The position numbers were made by a program, and so were the translations under genes. A DNA stretch of 63,683 nt, the filler included, from Octopus bimaculoides (Eukaryota), in assembly GCF_001194135.2 (NCBI RefSeq). It is 8 parts of 8 records of this genome, joined end to end, with 100 filler letters (N's around TTAATTAATTAA, not from the genome) between each part and the next. Parts side by side here need not be neighbours in the genome. Positions count along the whole stretch, not along the records: positions 1 to 30,028 come from NC_068985.1; positions 30,129 to 39,456 come from NC_069008.1; 6 more parts are not named here. One strand, written 5' to 3'. Position 1 is the stretch's first letter. Each line of letters begins with the position of its first letter. This document shows positions 23,311 to 36,723 of the stretch, piece after piece. The notes below the pieces were generated by a model, which saw nothing but the letters and a program-made list of their open reading frames with translations, was not told where the DNA came from and did not search any database.

Positions 23311-25522
23311 CATATATATATGTTTATATACAAAATATACACACATACATATATGTGTGCGTGTGTGTGTGTCTAGAACACAAGGCACTGATCATTCCAG
23401 GAAGACCTCAAATGGATGATGACCAGTTGGACAGGAGCAAAAAGAATTGTATCAGATTGACCCATGCTGGTGGAAGCTTGCTACCTTATGCATCTCACCT
23501 ATGTTTAAGTATAGACAATGCCATTATGATATACAGAGGCCTCAGTCGGAATTGAGCATAAAGGGACTACAAGGATAGAACATAAACTATTGTAGACATA
23601 TCTGTCAATGAGTACTTTGTGTGCATGTGTGAGAGAAAGAGAGAGAGAGAGTGTGTGTGTCTGGCTTTATTGGAGAAGAAATGCAGTACCTATCACTTTT
23701 GTCAGACTGAGGTAGGTTAGAAGAAGGAAGTCACTGTTAGACCAATGAACTGATGTAAATGTTTGCCTCTAAGGGCCAGGTGTTGGCTATGGGCTACAGG
23801 GCAACTACATAAGTCTGTTGCCCTAATCAAAAACACTCCCTCCAACAGACTTTCATATTGGTTCCACCGATCAAATTTTATTCAAAAATGCTTCAGTTAA
23901 ACTGAGTCTATGGTGGAAGATATTTGGCCAAGGAGCCTAGCAGCAGTACCCAAAGTAATGTAGTTACAATGCAAAGTATGTTAACCACACAGCCATGCCT
24001 GCATCCATAAAGGTTGAATGAGGATGACACCTTAAAAATATCAGGTCAGCATCAAGTCAAACTGTGTATTATGATTAGATAAATTTGCTTTCAATGTAAT
24101 TGTATATATATTGTATATATACAATAGCAACAAAACCAAATGTAATTTAATTGAATCAGTATCAAAGCAATAATAAAAGATGAATATAGAAATTGGAAAA
24201 CTGAAGGAACCTATATCTTCTTTGCTGTAATTACAGCATTTCATGCACAGCTTTCATATTTCCATCAATATTTATTTTATTCCATATTTATTTTGAGTGT
24301 CTTTTTGAATTCTTAGAAAATGGAAACAATTGGACAAAATTTAAAGTGGATCTTCATCTAGAATTCAGCCCCAGTTAACAAAACTTTCCTGAGAGTAATC
24401 TATTCATATATAATGGTAACTGGGTAGATGGCTGGATGGTTAGATGAATGTATGAATGAATGAATGAATAGTTGAAATAAATAGATAAATTGAATGGGGG
24501 ATAGATATGTTGATAGACGACACATGGAAGTAAAGATTGATAATACTGTATGTAAATATGGATGAATAATGGACAGACATAAATTGTATAAGTGTGTACA
24601 TATGTATATGTGAAGGTATATTGATACACATACATACATACATATACGCACACACACATATGCATATATATAGAGAGGGATTCAAAAGTCTCTTTTTCAC
24701 TAATATAAACTGACTAACAACCTAGATTATGTGAGGTCAGTTGAACTTCTAATGTACATCTCATCCCACTTTTTCTTTATCTCTCCCTCTCACATCTCTT
24801 CTCTTCATCACATCCTCCATCCACCTTTACATCATATTCACTAAACCCACCACAGTCCCCAGTCCATTGACTTCCTTTACTCAAGGATTCCAGAATCCTT
24901 GAGTGAGAATCCTTGAGTGCTGGAGGTCTTCCACACCTTGCCATTCATAATGTCAGCTGCCTTGTCCCACTCAGGCTGTTCAACAAGGTACATTCAGACC
25001 AAAAAGCAGGGTTAGAATTATATTGTATTGTATTAGAACAATTTAACAGATAGTGCCTATATTGTCAATTTTCTGTTATTCTAACATTTGCTACAACCAA
25101 TAATAGATCACATACATTTTTCTCTTTTCAACTGCTATCTAGTCAAAATCATTTCGTTTTGCAACCATAATACACTATGAAGTATACAATGAGTTTATAA
25201 GTCAAAACTGTGTTAACGGTGATGTAATTTCATTTTTAAAGTTATTTCCATAGATTTTTCTGTGGAGGTGACACCAACTTTTCACAAACACATTACTTAG
25301 ATACTCACTAGGTTTGGCAGTGAGTATTTAATATAAGGAACTGATGAAAGAAGAAGAATCTTTCAAATAGGTATATACACCCATTATCTATATTTTCTAT
25401 CGTCATTCGCATTGTTTACATACAAGTATTTGTTTACAAAACATTATAACTTAGTGTGCTAGCTCTCAATTCTATAGAAGATCACAAAAATAATTTAACT
25501 CTATTTCACAAAAGTATTTAAT

Positions 25523-26804
25523 ACTAGCAGAAATACCCGGCTTTGCCCGGGTTAAAGAGAATAATGAAATCTAAAAACGCCGTCTAGACTACGCAACCCT
25601 CAACTGTTAGTAGCTACGATACCATATTTCTACATTAATAACTCTCCAATCCATGCCAGCATGGAACATAGACATTAAGTGGAATGCCAGTCTCTCATCT
25701 AGGAGGGCCTTGAAATCAATGTTACCAACTGGGGACTATGTGTGTTGCAGTAATAATAAAAAGACCCAAAAGAGGTCTACAACGAAATAATTTTACTCAA
25801 CACTTTGCAAGTGAATCAGTGGAGGCAAAGATGCGTCTCATTTACTTGACAATTTATGCACCACATTGCAGAAATCACGATGTAAGTATATCTGAAAGGG
25901 TAGTCTTACACTGTTGTACCGTTGAATTACAAATAATGCTCATCTGTTATGTTCAGGTTAAAATTTCATCAACATCAAAAATATATGAACTTTCATGGGA
26001 GTTATGGCCGTTATACATAGAATATAATTTCCAAATTTCATAAAGATCCGTTCAGTACTTTTGACGTAGTTTTGGATAAGAAAACAAATTACTAATGTGT
26101 GTGTTTGTGTGCATGTGTTTGTGTGTGATGGGTNNNNNNNNNNNNNNNNNNNNNNNNNNNNNNNNNNNNNNNNNNNNNNNNNNNNNNNNNNNNNNNNNNN
26201 NNNNNNNNNNNNNNNNNNNNNNNNNNNNNNNNNNNNNNNNNNNNNNNNNNNNNNNNNNNNNNNNNNNNNNNNNNNNNNNNNNNNNNNNNNNNNNNNNNNN
26301 NNNNNNNNNNNNNNNNNNNNNNNNNNNNNNNNNNNNNNNNNNNNNNNNNNNNNNNNNNNNNNNNNNNNNNNNNNNNNNNNNNNNNNNNNNNNNNNNNNNN
26401 NNNNNNNNNNNNNNNNNNNNNNNNNNNNNNNNNNNNNNNNNNNNNNNNNNNNNNNNNNNNNNNNNNNNNNNNNNNNNNNNNNNNNNNNNNNNNNNNNNNN
26501 NNNNNNNNNNNNNNNNNNNNNNNNNNNNNNNNGTATTTGACGAGTGTTTTTGTTTCACTTTTGACACCTAATACTTAAATAGTGGAGGAGATATTATGTT
26601 GCCCTGGGCTCGAACTCTGCAAGAAGTTAAAATTTTTTTGACTAAAACACAACTGGAACCCTAAGTAAGGCATGTGTAAAATTTGAATGAAATTGGTTGC
26701 GTAGTTCTCGAGTTTTAGGGATTCACACAGACAGACAGACAGACAGACAGACAGATAGACAGACAGACAGACAGACACACATTCTCATTTTTATATATAT
26801 AGAT
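25523..26804 (+). mobile_element. Non-autonomous Helitron/Helentron-associated (HINE/DINE-1-like) element(s)
   Basis: 5' actagcagaaatacccggctttgcccggg; internal ccaaatttcataaagatccg and aaatttgaatgaaattgg; (GACA)n; 3' ttttatatatatagat. Spans a gap, so it may be two pieces. Confidence 0.55.
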
Positions 26805-26921
26805 ATACGATTAGAATGTACATATTTGATCCTGTAACTGATGACATGGATATGCTATTATTTGTGTGTGTATGTGTGTGTGTGTGAGACTGTGTGTATA
26901 CATACATATATATATATATTT

Positions 26922-26952
<31 letters not shown>

Positions 26953-26953
26953 A

Positions 26954-26997
<44 letters not shown>

Positions 26998-27000
26998 AGT

Positions 27001-27625
27001 GAGGTGCAGGCTTGGATATATGGTTATGAAGGTTGTTTCCTAGCCATATGATTTTGGGTTCAGACCCATTCTGTGGCACCTTGGGCCAACCAAAACCTTG
27101 TGGGTGGATTTTGTAGGCAGAACCTGGAAGAATTCTGTTTTGTGTGTATGTATGTATGTGTGTGTGTGTGTGTAGTCATAAATGGCACAGAAATATCATG
27201 ACAAACTTTTATTTAACAATAAGAAAAAATCCTAATATCATGACAAATTGTTTCGTAACTCAAAAACGTGCAAATAATTCATATTATCATATTTAAAATA
27301 AATAAATTACTTACATGTCTGCATTAATGCAGAATGCAAAACATTTGTTTAAAATATATTTGTCTTCATGTGTGTGTGTGCGTGTGTGTGTGTACCCTTG
27401 TCTTGACATGTGATGGCTGTCAAAGAGCATTACTGTCAAACAAGTGATGTTGTTTGTTTCCAGTATTTTTGTTAAAAAGACATGTCTAGTCTTATAGAAA
27501 CATTACCTTGGATGAAAAGAGGTGAGGGTTGGTGACAGGAAGGGTGGGCCCAGCCCTAGAAAATGTGATGTAATGAATTCTTTTTGACCATGTTAGCATG
27601 AGACAACACATTGAAGTGATGATGA
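27001..27625 (+). mobile_element. Family B' SINE with an internal insertion/expansion
   Basis: B head at 27001-27140. Body and tail at 27390-27625 match ~2515-2741. Confidence 0.55.
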
Positions 27626-27797
27626 GGATATGTGTGTAAATATATATATATANNNNNNNNNNNNNNNNNNNNNNNNNNNNNNNNNNNNNNNNNNNNNNNN
27701 NNNNNNNNNNNNNNNNNNNNNNNNNNGTGTGCGTGTATGCATGTGAGATGCTTGGTTTAGAAGTTAGGTTGTTACATGATTGTGAGATTGTAAGATT

Positions 27798-28028
27798 AAG
27801 GTGGCGAGCTGGCAGAAATGTCAGCACGCCAGGCGAAATACTCAGCGGTATTTCGTCTGACATTATGTTCTGAGTTCAAATTCCGCTGAGGTCAACTTTG
27901 CCTTTCATCCTTTCAGAGTCAATAAATTAAGTACCAGTTACGCACTGGGGTCGATGTAATCGACTTAATCCCTTTGTCTGTCCTTGTTTGTCCCCTCTAT
28001 GTTTAGCTCCTTGAGGGCAATAAAGAAT
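27798..28028 (+). mobile_element. Family D SINE, full length
   Basis: ggtggcgagctggcagaaatgtcagcacgcc..ctgagttcaaattccgctgagg..gggcaataaagaa. Confidence 0.88.
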
Positions 28029-28644
28029 TATGATTGTAAGATTGTGCTTTTGATTATAAAACTGGGCAGTGTGTTGTGTTCTTGAGCAAAACACTTCAGT
28101 TCAAGTTTCCCCACTCCACTCAACTGGCCAAAGTGAGTAATCCTGTGATGAAATGGCATCCCATCCACAGATATATATTTATATATACCAAAGAATATGG
28201 GAAACCAGCCTTATGAGCCCATGGTTCAGGAAGGACCATTGATTTCTTTTTGTTAAGTATTATCTGTAACTTGATACAATAAATGGTTCCCTGAAGATTT
28301 GTTGTGGTTGAGCATCTATATGCATTTGGAAATTCCATAAAACGGCTCCAAACAGCCATAATGGTGAAATGTATGCAGGAAATTTAATATAAACTTGTGC
28401 TTATCCTTATTTGTCGTCTATGTGTACAGACACACACACACACAATCCTGACACATTTTTTTTCTCTCTATGAATGTTTTTGTCTCTCTCTGAATGTTTT
28501 TGTCTCTCTCTCCATTTGTTTTCCTATCACCCCTTTCTGCCAAAGGGCACAAGCTTGAAACATCAAAAACATTTCCCTTTTTCCCAAGTGTCAAACTAAT
28601 ACACCTGCTTGTTGCTCTCTTACATGTATCATATTTCTTTTGTT

Positions 28645-29016
28645 TTCTGGAGCACTGCCTTCAGTAAAGCAAATCGACCTTAGGACTTATTCTTTGGATG
28701 CCTAGTACTTACTCTATCGGTCTCTTTTTCCGAACCGCCAAGTTACAGGGATGGAAACACCACCATCGGTTGTCAAGCGATGTTAAGGGGAAAAACACAG
28801 ACACACAAACATATACACACACATACATACATAATATGTATATACATGTATATGACGGGCTTCTTTCAGTTTCCATCTACCAAATCCACTCACAAGTCTT
28901 TGGTCGGCCCTAGGCTATAGTAGAAGACACTTGCCCAAGGTGCCACACAGTGGGAATAAACCCGGAACCATGTGGTTGGTAAGCAAGCTACTTACCACAC
29001 AGCCACTCCTGCACCT
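28645..29016 (-). mobile_element. Family B SINE, near full length
   Basis: Tail, internal (AC/AT)n and head all present. Confidence 0.85.
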
Positions 29017-29511
29017 ATATTTATATGTATACATACACACATACCAAGACCTTGAACATGTTTTGCTCAAATTTGATTACTTGACTGGGCAGTACATTGT
29101 GTCCATCAGTAAAGTACTTCATTTCACATTACTCCAGTTTACACAACAGAAAACGAGTACCAATGTGGTGTCATTGTAACACTTCCTCCCTTCACCTGTT
29201 ACATCCAAAATGTACCACAGCATCATGGCATACAAGAGCTGAGAGAATGTCTGTGTTTTCTCACAACTACATAGGCCTGTAAAACAATTAGCAACAGCAT
29301 GGTATATGCTACTAAGTCACACTCAAATACAAGTGACAGCTATGGGGAATTTTTTTTTTACCCAGATCTTGAACCATGTTAGAGAGAAAGCACAGGTTGA
29401 TGCTCCACTAAAAGAAAAGCATTGCTGGACGCTTTATCATTCTCTGTTTCTACCTCTCTGATTTCACATAATATGCATAATGTCATCCATTTGAGTGAGA
29501 AGGTCACTTAC

Positions 29512-29612
29512 CTTGAAAGTAGAGAGTGTTGCATCTCAAGATGGCCTTTGACCCAAAATTTGCCGTCAGGATCAATCATGGACTGCTCGTTTAGTTTGTG
29601 ATTGATATCATC
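29512..29612 (-). CDS. Candidate 101-bp coding exon of an unidentified gene (or part of a decayed ORF)
   Basis: ttatcttcag|GAT..TCAAG|gtaagtg; only one frame is open: DDINHKLNEQSMIDPDGKFWVKGHLEMQHSLLS. Confidence 0.35.
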
Positions 29613-29902
29613 CTGAAGATAACTTCAATACTTTACATTGTAAACTAATGGCGCCTTTGTAAATATGGTAATTGCTCCATTGATTTCTTCAAAGTTAATG
29701 GAAACGCCTTCGTACATATCACTTAGACATTCATACTACCACCCACCCATCTGCCACATACACACACACACACACGCCATCTAAAATGGGCATCAGTAGA
29801 CATATGTAAAATTAATACTAGTGTATCTAACATGAAAGTATGTAGGAGCATTTATTTACATGTGTGTGTGTGTGTCTGTGTATGTATGTCTCTGAGTGTG
29901 TA

Positions 29903-29944
<42 letters not shown>

Positions 29945-30072
29945 ATCCATCTATGCCTGGTACATAACAAGAAATACATGTGTTGTACCATCCTACTTAT
30001 ATACAATTTTATATATATATATATATATNNNNNNNNNNNNNNNNNNNNNNNNNNNNNNNNNNNNNNNNNNNN

Positions 30073-30084
30073 TTAATTAATTAA
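30073..30084. other. Assembly gap placeholder TTAATTAATTAA (also at 39501, 51567, 56265, 57520, 58768, 61562)
   Basis: Identical 12-mer centred in 100-bp gaps (44 N on each side); gives stops in all six frames. Confidence 0.95.
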
Positions 30085-30237
30085 NNNNNNNNNNNNNNNN
30101 NNNNNNNNNNNNNNNNNNNNNNNNNNNNTATATATATATATATATGTAACTGTCTAACAATTTGTATGTGCATATATACATGTATACATAAATGTATGCA
30201 TATTTACATACATGTGTGTGTGTATACATATAAAAAT

Positions 30238-30274
<37 letters not shown>

Positions 30275-30457
30275 GACAAATCCATGAACAAAAAATGGTA
30301 AAAAGAACAAAAGTCAATTGACCCATACATGGGGCATATATTAGATTAACACATATGTGTGTGTGTGCGTGTGTTTGTGTGTGTATGTGTGTGTGTGTGC
30401 ATGTATATATATATGTGTGTGTGTGTTAGAATTGCATAATGCTTACAGACATATCTA

Positions 30458-30532
<75 letters not shown>

Positions 30533-30644
30533 AGATATATATATATATATGCATATATATGTATATGTACATAAATATATACATATGTGTTTGTGTGTGT
30601 ATATATATATGCATATATGTATGTATATATGTATGCATATATAA

Positions 30645-30691
<47 letters not shown>

Positions 30692-31876
30692 CACACACAC
30701 TCACACACACATACAAACATACACACATATATATACCCATCTACCAACACACACCCACATACCTGCATGGATATTAATCAGAAAAGAAGTGTCTTCTTCT
30801 TTTTTTATGGTTTTTCTCTCCTAAAAACTCATTCCTTTCATATTTTTTCCTTATATTTTTTTGTCTAAACTTTTTCACTTTTTCTTTTTCATGGCATATT
30901 TGGACTCGTTCTTTGTATTATAGTGTTTTCATTCCAGTCTTTTGCCCACCCCAGTTCCAAACCTTCCAAACACTCATCAGCCCTGCTCTACCCTGCTCTA
31001 CCCTCAGAAAATCTTCGCCGCCACATTTTTTGCGTAGAATCTCAGTGTTTGTTTTGAAGGAAGGAAGAAAAGGAAGGGGGGAGAGGGAGATAGAGAGAGA
31101 GAGAGGGAGAGGGAGAGAGAGGGAGAGGGAGNNNNNNNNNNNNNNNNNNNNNNNNNNNNNNNNNNNNNNNNNNNNNNNNNNNNNNNNNNNNNNNNNNNNN
31201 NNNNNNNNNNNNNNNNNNNNNNNNNNNNNNNNNNNNNNNNNNNNNNNNNNNNNNNNNNNNNNNNNNNNNNNNNNNNNNNNNNNNNNNNNNNNNNNNNNNN
31301 NNNNNNNNNNNNNNNNNNNNNNNNNNNNNNNNNNNNNNNNNNNNNNNNNNNNNNNNNNNNNNNNNNNNNNNNNNNNNNNNNNNNNNNNNNNNNNNNNNNN
31401 NNNNNNNNNNNNNNNNNNNNNNNNNNNNNNNNNNNNNNNNNNNNNNNNNNNNNNNNNNNNNNNNNNNNNNNNNNNNNNNNNNNNNNNNNNNNNNNNNNNN
31501 NNNNNNNNNNNNNNNNNNNNNNNNNNNNNNNNNNNNNNNNNNNNNNNNNNNNNNNNNNNNNNNNNNNNNNNNNNNNNNNNNNNNNNNNNNNNNNNNNNNN
31601 NNNNNNNNNNNNNNNNNNNNNNNNNNNNNNNNNNNNNNNNNNNNNNNNNNNNNNNNNNNNNNNNNNNNNNNNNNNNNNNNNNNNNNNNNNNNNNNNNNNN
31701 NNNNNNNNNNNNNNNNNNNNNNNNNNNNNNNNNNNNNNNNNNNNNNNNNNNNNNNNNNNNNNNNNNNNNNNNNNNNNNNNNNNNNNNNNNNNNNNNNNNN
31801 NNNNNNNNNNNNNNNNNNNNNNNNNNNNNNNNNNNNNNNNNNNNNNNNNNNNNNNNNNNNNNNNNNNNNNNNNNNN

Positions 31877-31944
<68 letters not shown>

Positions 31945-32262
31945 TATATATCTATGAATGCATATATATTTGTGTGTGTACATATATGCATATATACATA
32001 TATATATGTATGCACATATATGGATATACATATATATATAGACACATATTTATGAACATGTATCTATATGTACATATGTGTGTGTGTGTGTGTGTGCATG
32101 TGTAATTAAACGGATTTCATAAAAACTTGCTATAAGTCATTTAGTTTAACAAAAATATCAGTGTGTACATCATATTTGGCAAACAAGCAATGCTGTGTTA
32201 CTTCCCTACACATACATACATGCATGCGTACATACAGACGCACACACACTCTTACATACATA

Positions 32263-32667
32263 TACTCTCTTTTACTCTTTTACTTGTTTCAGTCATTTGA
32301 CTGTGGCCATGCTGGAGCACCGCCTTTAGTCGAGCAAATCGACCCCAGGACTTATTCTTTGTAAGCCTAGTACTTATTCGATCGGCCTCTTTTGACGAAC
32401 CGCTAAGTTACGGGGCGTAAACACACCACCATCGGTTGTCATGCGAGGTTGGGGGACAAACACACACACCTATATATATATATATACACATACATATATA
32501 CGATGGGCTTCTTTCAGTTTCTGTCTACCAAATCCACTCACAAGGCTTTGGTTGGCCCGAGGCTATAGTAGTAGAAGACACTTGCCCAAGGTGCCACGCA
32601 GTGGGACTGAACCCAGAACCATGTGGTTCGTAAGCAAGCTACTTACCACACAGCCACTCTTGCGCCT
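32263..32667 (-). mobile_element. Family B SINE, full length, CpG-intact
   Basis: Best-preserved copy; tail (gagtaaaa)n, head aggcgcaagagtggctgtgtggtaagtagc. Confidence 0.9.
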
Positions 32668-32753
32668 ATATATATAAATATACATATATATATATATATA
32701 TATACTGAGAGAGAGAGAAAGAGAGAGATAAATAGATACACATATATAGCTAC

Positions 32754-32794
<41 letters not shown>

Positions 32795-33644
32795 NNNNNN
32801 NNNNNNNNNNNNNNNNNNNNNNNNNNNNNNNNNNNNNNNNNNNNNNNNNNNNNNNNNNNNNNNNNNNNNNNNNNNNNNNNNNNNNNNNNNNNNNNNNNNN
32901 NNNNNNNNNNNNNNNNNNNNNNNNNNNNNNNNNNNNNNNNNNNNNNNNNNNNNNNNNNNNNNNNNNNNNNNNNNNNNNNNNNNNNNNNNNNNNNNNNNNN
33001 NNNNNNNNNNNNNNNNNNNNNNNNNNNNNNNNNNNNNNNNNNNNNNNNNNNNNNNNNNNNNNNNNNNNNNNNNNNNNNNNNNNNNNNNNNNNNNNNNNNN
33101 NNNNNNNNNNNNNNNNNNNNNNNNNNNNNNNNNNNNNNNNNNNNNNNNNNNNNNNNNNNNNNNNNNNNNNNNNNNNNNNNNNNNNNNNNNNNNNNNNNNN
33201 NNNNNNNNNNNNNNNNNNNNNNNNNNNNNNNNNNNNNNNNNNNNNNNNNNNNNNNNNNNNNNNNNNNNNNNNNNNNNNNNNNNNNNNNNNNNNNNNNNNN
33301 NNNNNNNNNNNNNNNNNNNNNNNNNNNNNNNNNNNNNNNNNNNNNNNNNNNNNNNNNNNNNNNNNNNNNNNNNNNNNNNNNNNNNNNNNNNNNNNNNNNN
33401 NNNNNNNNNNNNNNNNNNNNNNNNNNNNNNNNNNNNNNNNNNNNNNNNNNNNNNNNNNNNNNNNNNNNNNNNNNNNNNNNNNNNNNNNNNNNNNNNNNNN
33501 NNNNNNNNNNNNNNNNNNNNNNNNNNNNNNNNNNNNNNNNNNNNNNNNNNNNNNNNNNNNNNNNNNNNNNNNNNNNNNNNNNNNNNNNNNNNNNNNNNNN
33601 NNNNNNNNNNNNNNNNNNNNNNNNNNNNNNNNNNNNNNNNNNAT

Positions 33645-33850
33645 GTATGTGTGTCTGTGTTTGTCCCCCCACCATCGCTTGACAACCGATGCTGGTGTGT
33701 TTACGTCCCTGTAGCTTAGCGGTTCGGCAAAAGAGAACCGATAGAATAAGTACTAGGCTTCCAAAGAATAAGTCCTGGGGTCGATTTGCTTGACTAAAAG
33801 GCGGTGCTCCAGCATGGCCGCAGTCAAATGACTGAAACAAGTAAAAGAGC
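33645..33850 (+). mobile_element. Family B SINE tail
   Basis: gtttgtccccccaccatcgcttgacaaccgatgc...tgactgaaacaagtaaaagag; the head may lie in the gap. Confidence 0.85.
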
Positions 33851-33984
33851 ATCACATCATTGAAATCTCAAAGTTATGAGATTAATGGATAATTAATTCA
33901 AAGCAATATAAATAAATAAGCATTACATGTGACAAGATAATCTGAATGTTAAAGGGTTAAGATTTCCCTTAACATTCAAGTGTT

Positions 33985-34930
33985 AAGTCAAATCTAGCTT
34001 GGATTCCAGGTTTTTGGTAAGTGGCCCAGACCGTTGCTTCATGTAAAAAGACTGACTCAAGCATGGAAAAAAAAAATTCCTCTCAAGGTTGTCTGACAGA
34101 GTTAATCTACATATTTTGCTTAGCATGCCATCAGTGGGATGAAATTTCCAAGATATGTTTAAAACTGCCCACAACATCATTCTGGTGTTAAGTTCCCTCT
34201 AGCCTGGATTACGGTTCCAGATTTTTTTGGTAAGCGTCCAGGCTGTTGCTTCAGATAGAAATTACTGACTCAAATATTCTTTGTCGGCACTCCGTTGCTG
34301 ACGACGTCGAGGGTTCTAGTTGATCCGATCAACGGAACAGCCTGCTTGTGAAATTAATGTGCAAGTGGCTGAGCACTCCACAGACACGTGTACCCTTAAC
34401 GTAGTTGTCGGGGATATTCAGCATGACACAGTGTGACAAGGCTGGCCCCTTTGAATTACAGGCACAACAGAAACAGGAAGAAAGAGTGAGAGAAAGTTGT
34501 GGTGGAAGAGTACAGCAGGGTCCGCCACCATCCCCTGCCGGAGTCTCGTGGAGCTTTAGGTGTTTTCACTCAATAAACACTCACAACGCCCGGTCTGGGA
34601 ATCGAAACCGCGATCCTATGATCGCGAGTCCACTGCCCTAACCACTGGGCCATTGCGCATCCACTCAAATATTACATGGAAAAAAAAATTCTTCTTAAGT
34701 TTGTCTGAAACGGACCTGTGTGAGTATGGCCATGCTACAGCATCAAAATCAGTAAGTCAGATGCCAGCTTTTGATTAGCATGCCAGCAGTGGGATGAGAT
34801 CTCAAAGATATGTTTAAAACTGCCCTTAACATTCAGGATTCCAGTTCCAGTTTTTCGGTAAAAGTGTCCAGGCTGACCTTTGGACTGACTCAACTGAAGC
34901 ATGGAAAAAAAAAATTCCCTCTTGCGTTTG
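33985..34930. repeat. Degenerate ~200-bp tandem repeat interrupted by SINE G
   Basis: Recurring catggaaaaaaaaattc (3x) and ttagcatgcca.cagtgggatga..aagatatgtttaaaactgccc (2x). Confidence 0.7.
34279..34662 (-). mobile_element. Young full-length tRNA-derived SINE (family G) with 11-bp TSD
   Basis: Head ggatgcgcaatggcccagtggttagggc (A box) ... ggtttcgattccc (B box). Direct repeat actcaaatatt at 34268-34278 and 34663-34673. CpGs intact. Confidence 0.88.
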
Positions 34931-35428
34931 TTTGTCTGGCAGGGTTGATATCCAGATACCATCCAATCTTGTTTGTTATCAACAAACTGGATATCGATAA
35001 TGATGATGATAACAATGACGATGATGAATTAAAAGGTTAATGAACTTCAGGCCATTGGTGGCTGGTAACATGGATACAATACTATAAGCCTAGCTGACCG
35101 ACACACAATGATAAGATATATAATCTCTGTTGCATATAATGACTACACCCAACTATCACCTGAGGGTTGGACATGCAAATGAATATGAAACCTGATGCTG
35201 TCAAATCGGTTAGCACCACCCACGCATTCCTGGTGACTAATACGCTTGATAGATGTTATAGACTATTATACTATTTATTGAAAGTGGATGTTTATTTTAC
35301 TGACTCGAAATTTGAGATCCATGTCACTGAAGGTGTCTGTAATATGAAACTGGAATCACAAAATCTAATCTAAAGATTATATATATATATATATGCTATC
35401 TATCTATCTATCTATCAATCTATATATC

Positions 35429-35484
<56 letters not shown>

Positions 35485-36184
35485 TATATCAATCTCTCTC
35501 ACTTTTTCTCTCTCTCTCTCTCTCTCTCTGTATATATANNNNNNNNNNNNNNNNNNNNNNNNNNNNNNNNNNNNNNNNNNNNNNNNNNNNNNNNNNNNNN
35601 NNNNNNNNNNNNNNNNNNNNNNNNNNNNNNNNNNNNNNNNNNNNNNNNNNNNNNNNNNNNNNNNNNNNNNNNNNNNNNNNNNNNNNNNNNNNNNNNNNNN
35701 NNNNNNNNNNNNNNNNNNNNNNNNNNNNNNNNNNNNNNNNNNNNATACTAGTCCTTATATATTTAATACTCTATATTTAATACTCAATATTTCATATATT
35801 CAATAACACATTCAATACTTCATTTCATTTTACTATTTATATAATATATTCCATAGTCTATATCCCACATTAATTTTATAAGAATATAAATAAAACATAA
35901 AAAACAGACAGAGTTGGAACTCTTTTAAATAATATATTCCTCTATACACTATCATACAAATCCCTTTTCTTACTTTTTTATTTATATATGTATTTATATA
36001 TGTATTTATTTTCTCCTAATTAATAAATAACTCGGACAAAATAAATTGGTCAATAGATACCAGGGTAGCAAAGATCACAAAATAACTGTGGTGTAACTCC
36101 TGTTTACGAGGTAGAAACTCCTTGATATTTTGGGTATTTGAGTATGTATAAAAATTTAATATATATATATATATATATATATAT

Positions 36185-36548
36185 TACTCTTTTGCTCTTT
36201 TACTTGTTTCAGTCATTTGACTGCGACCATCCTGGAGCACCACCTTTAGTCGAACAAATTGACCCTGGGACTTATTCCTTGTAAACCTAGTACTTACAAC
36301 GGGGACATAAACACACCAGCATCAGTTGTCAAGCGAACGTTGGGGGGACAAACACAGACACACACATATATATATACATATATACGACAGGCTTCTTTCA
36401 GTTTCTGTCTACCAAATCCACTCACAAGGTTTTGGTCGGCCCAAGGCTATGGTAGAAGACACTTACCCAAGGTATCATGCAGTGGGACTGAACCCGGAAC
36501 CATGTGATTGGTAAGCAAGCTACTTACCACACAGCCACTCCTGCACCT
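36185..36548 (-). mobile_element. Family B SINE, full length
   Basis: Collinear with 32263-32667, with a small internal deletion. Confidence 0.88.
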
Positions 36549-36688
36549 ATATACACAGACATGCACACACACACGTATATATGAATGTATATTTATATAT
36601 ATACACACATACTCACATGCACGCACACACATACACACACACACGTATATATGAATGTATATCTATATATGTACACATATACTCGCAT

Positions 36689-36723
<35 letters not shown>

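Noticed and set aside
34590-34662. tRNA gene
   Set aside because: No complete cloverleaf; it continues into a SINE body with a TSD.
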